This document shows positions 62,515 to 64,000 of a DNA stretch of 64,000 bases, in pieces. Each line of letters starts with the position of its first letter. Position 1 is the stretch's first letter. The notes below the pieces were generated by a model. It was not told the DNA's origin. It searched no databases and saw nothing but the letters and a program-made list of their open reading frames with translations. Source of the DNA: Massalongia carnosa (lineage: Eukaryota); NCBI GenBank assembly GCA_965645245.1, contig OZ287075.1, positions 1,798,001 to 1,862,000 on the forward strand, written 5' to 3'. The position numbers were made by a program, and so were the translations under genes.

Positions 62515-63276
62515 TCAAGCCAACCCTTCCGCCCCCCAACACTGCCTCGCGCCCCCCAGGGGCTTCAAAAACCCCACCCGATCCTTGGTATAGATCTCCA
62601 TCGCAACCGTCAAGTCGCGCGCCTCCGCCTCCTCCAGCGCGCCCGTTTTGACGAAGTAGACCGCCGGCATCGCTTCTAGCGCTGTGTATAGCCCAGAGCC
62701 GCAGCCTGGGGGTTGAGAAAGGGAGGGGGGGTTTGAGTGAGTGAGTGAGTGAGTGAGTTGGGGGGAGGAGGGGGGGGGGGGGGTTTGGAAACAAGGGAAG
62801 AAAGGAAGGAAATTTTCGGGGAGAAATACCACTGCAAAAAAACCTCTCGTTCTGTTTCCCCGAATCGCCCTTCGTGACATATCTCTTCGGCTCCCCGCGC
62901 GTGATGGTGAATGCCTCGCGCGAAACGACGGCGTTGGCGGTGTAGGCACCGCCGGACCACTTTTGGCTATTTACGGGAATGTTAATGTTTACCTTTCACT
63001 TTTTTATGGCGAATGCAAAAAAAAAAGGGGGGAGGGGTGGAGGGGTGGAGGGTTTTCGGACGGAAAAAGGGGGATGGATTTAAAATACCAGTCCTTGCAG
63101 TGGCACAGAACAGTTGAGTGCGGTTCTCCTGGGTACCTGATTAGCACGGTCGAGTTCGGTGTGGGGCCGTTTGGGAATGCAAAAGGGGGGGTTTTTGGGT
63201 GGTGGTGGGTGGAAAGGACATGATTACCCGAGTATTCGAACGCGATGGCGCCGCAGAGGCAGGTCCCTGTAGACAT
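62515..63276 (-). CDS. GFA/Mss4-like (CENP-V family) zinc protein, multi-exon
   Basis: TGTCLCGAI, LCHCKDCQKWSG and ERFFCS.CGSGLY give the CxC, CHCxxC and CxxC zinc ligands. Confidence 0.85.
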
Positions 63277-64000
63277 TTTTCCCTTTCTGTTTTCTGTTTT
63301 CTCTTTTCTTTGCTTGTTTTGGAGGGAGTCTTGATGATGGTGTACAAAGTCGGGAAATATAACCTGTCGGGATAGGGGATGAGGATCGGGATGTGGTAAG
63401 AGGGATGAACGTGGTGGTAGAGGGTTATAGCAGAGTGTTAAGGGGGTGTATATATATGTATATGTCTGTAGCTATGTAGGTATCTAAACCCGATACTCCG
63501 TACACGGTACTTTTGTAAAAAAAAACAAAAAACAGACAAAACGTTTAAACCCAAGAACCCAGGTCTCGTCTTGTCCCATCTAGAACGCCCATCTCGACCC
63601 GTCTGGACCCGCGATCTCGACTCCCCAACCTAGTCAACTCGGTTCGGTTTCGCTTACATATGTATGTACATACATGTACCTTACCCGTTTACTTTCCCTT
63701 AGGGGGAGTTCTTAGGCAATACCTCTACTACAAGCCAATATAAGGCAAGGCAATGCAATACAAGGCAAGACGGTGGATGCGAAAATGGGGGAGAAAAGGC
63801 TGCACGAACAGGTTTTTCGCTTTTTGGGGGCGATTGGATGGAGAGGGATAGTTGGTTGGTTGGTTGGTTGGTTGGTTGGCTGCAAATACGTAAAGGGCGT
63901 TTTTGAGTTTCTTCTTCAACCCCCCCCCGGGTTATCATCATTGTTTGAGTTCATTAGAGATCAATTCGATGAAACAATCCGATAACGAACGAAATGGGCT

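Overview
Eukaryotic, intron-containing DNA from a filamentous ascomycete (Pezizomycotina; a lichen-forming Lecanoromycete is plausible but cannot be established from the sequence). About 18 spliced protein genes are recognisable: an RNase H1-like gene, ALG5, a DUF3445 protein, a WSC sensor, a cyclin-L-like gene, ATG3, an alpha/beta hydrolase, SPS19, an ATG33-like gene, an MFS transporter, a SYLF/Ysc84 protein, PARP, an S10 carboxypeptidase, a CFEM protein, a GFA/Mss4-like protein and several orphans. There is also an intron-containing tRNA-Leu(AAG) and three pseudogenes (GRE2-like reductase, N-terminal helical domain plus ankyrin, Ras plus ankyrin). Mobile DNA is abundant: an intact Fot1/pogo element, an intact Tc1-type DD34E element, a stop-inactivated pogo inside a (TAC)n tract, three pieces of RNase-H-less LINEs, a Mutator-derived relic carrying a nested 68-bp pogo micro-element, and a small MITE. 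The most unusual signals are (1) a LINE relic hypermutated on both strands with a CpC-to-TpC bias instead of the canonical RIP CpA bias, (2) a Ras-GTPase/ankyrin fusion pseudogene, (3) a 68-bp TIR-only transposon that appears to have moved, and (4) periodic low-complexity, TAGG-rich islands toward which flanking exons become GC-rich. All calls are by eye; exon boundaries are approximate and no database searches were run. I found no multi-gene novel system that I can support.
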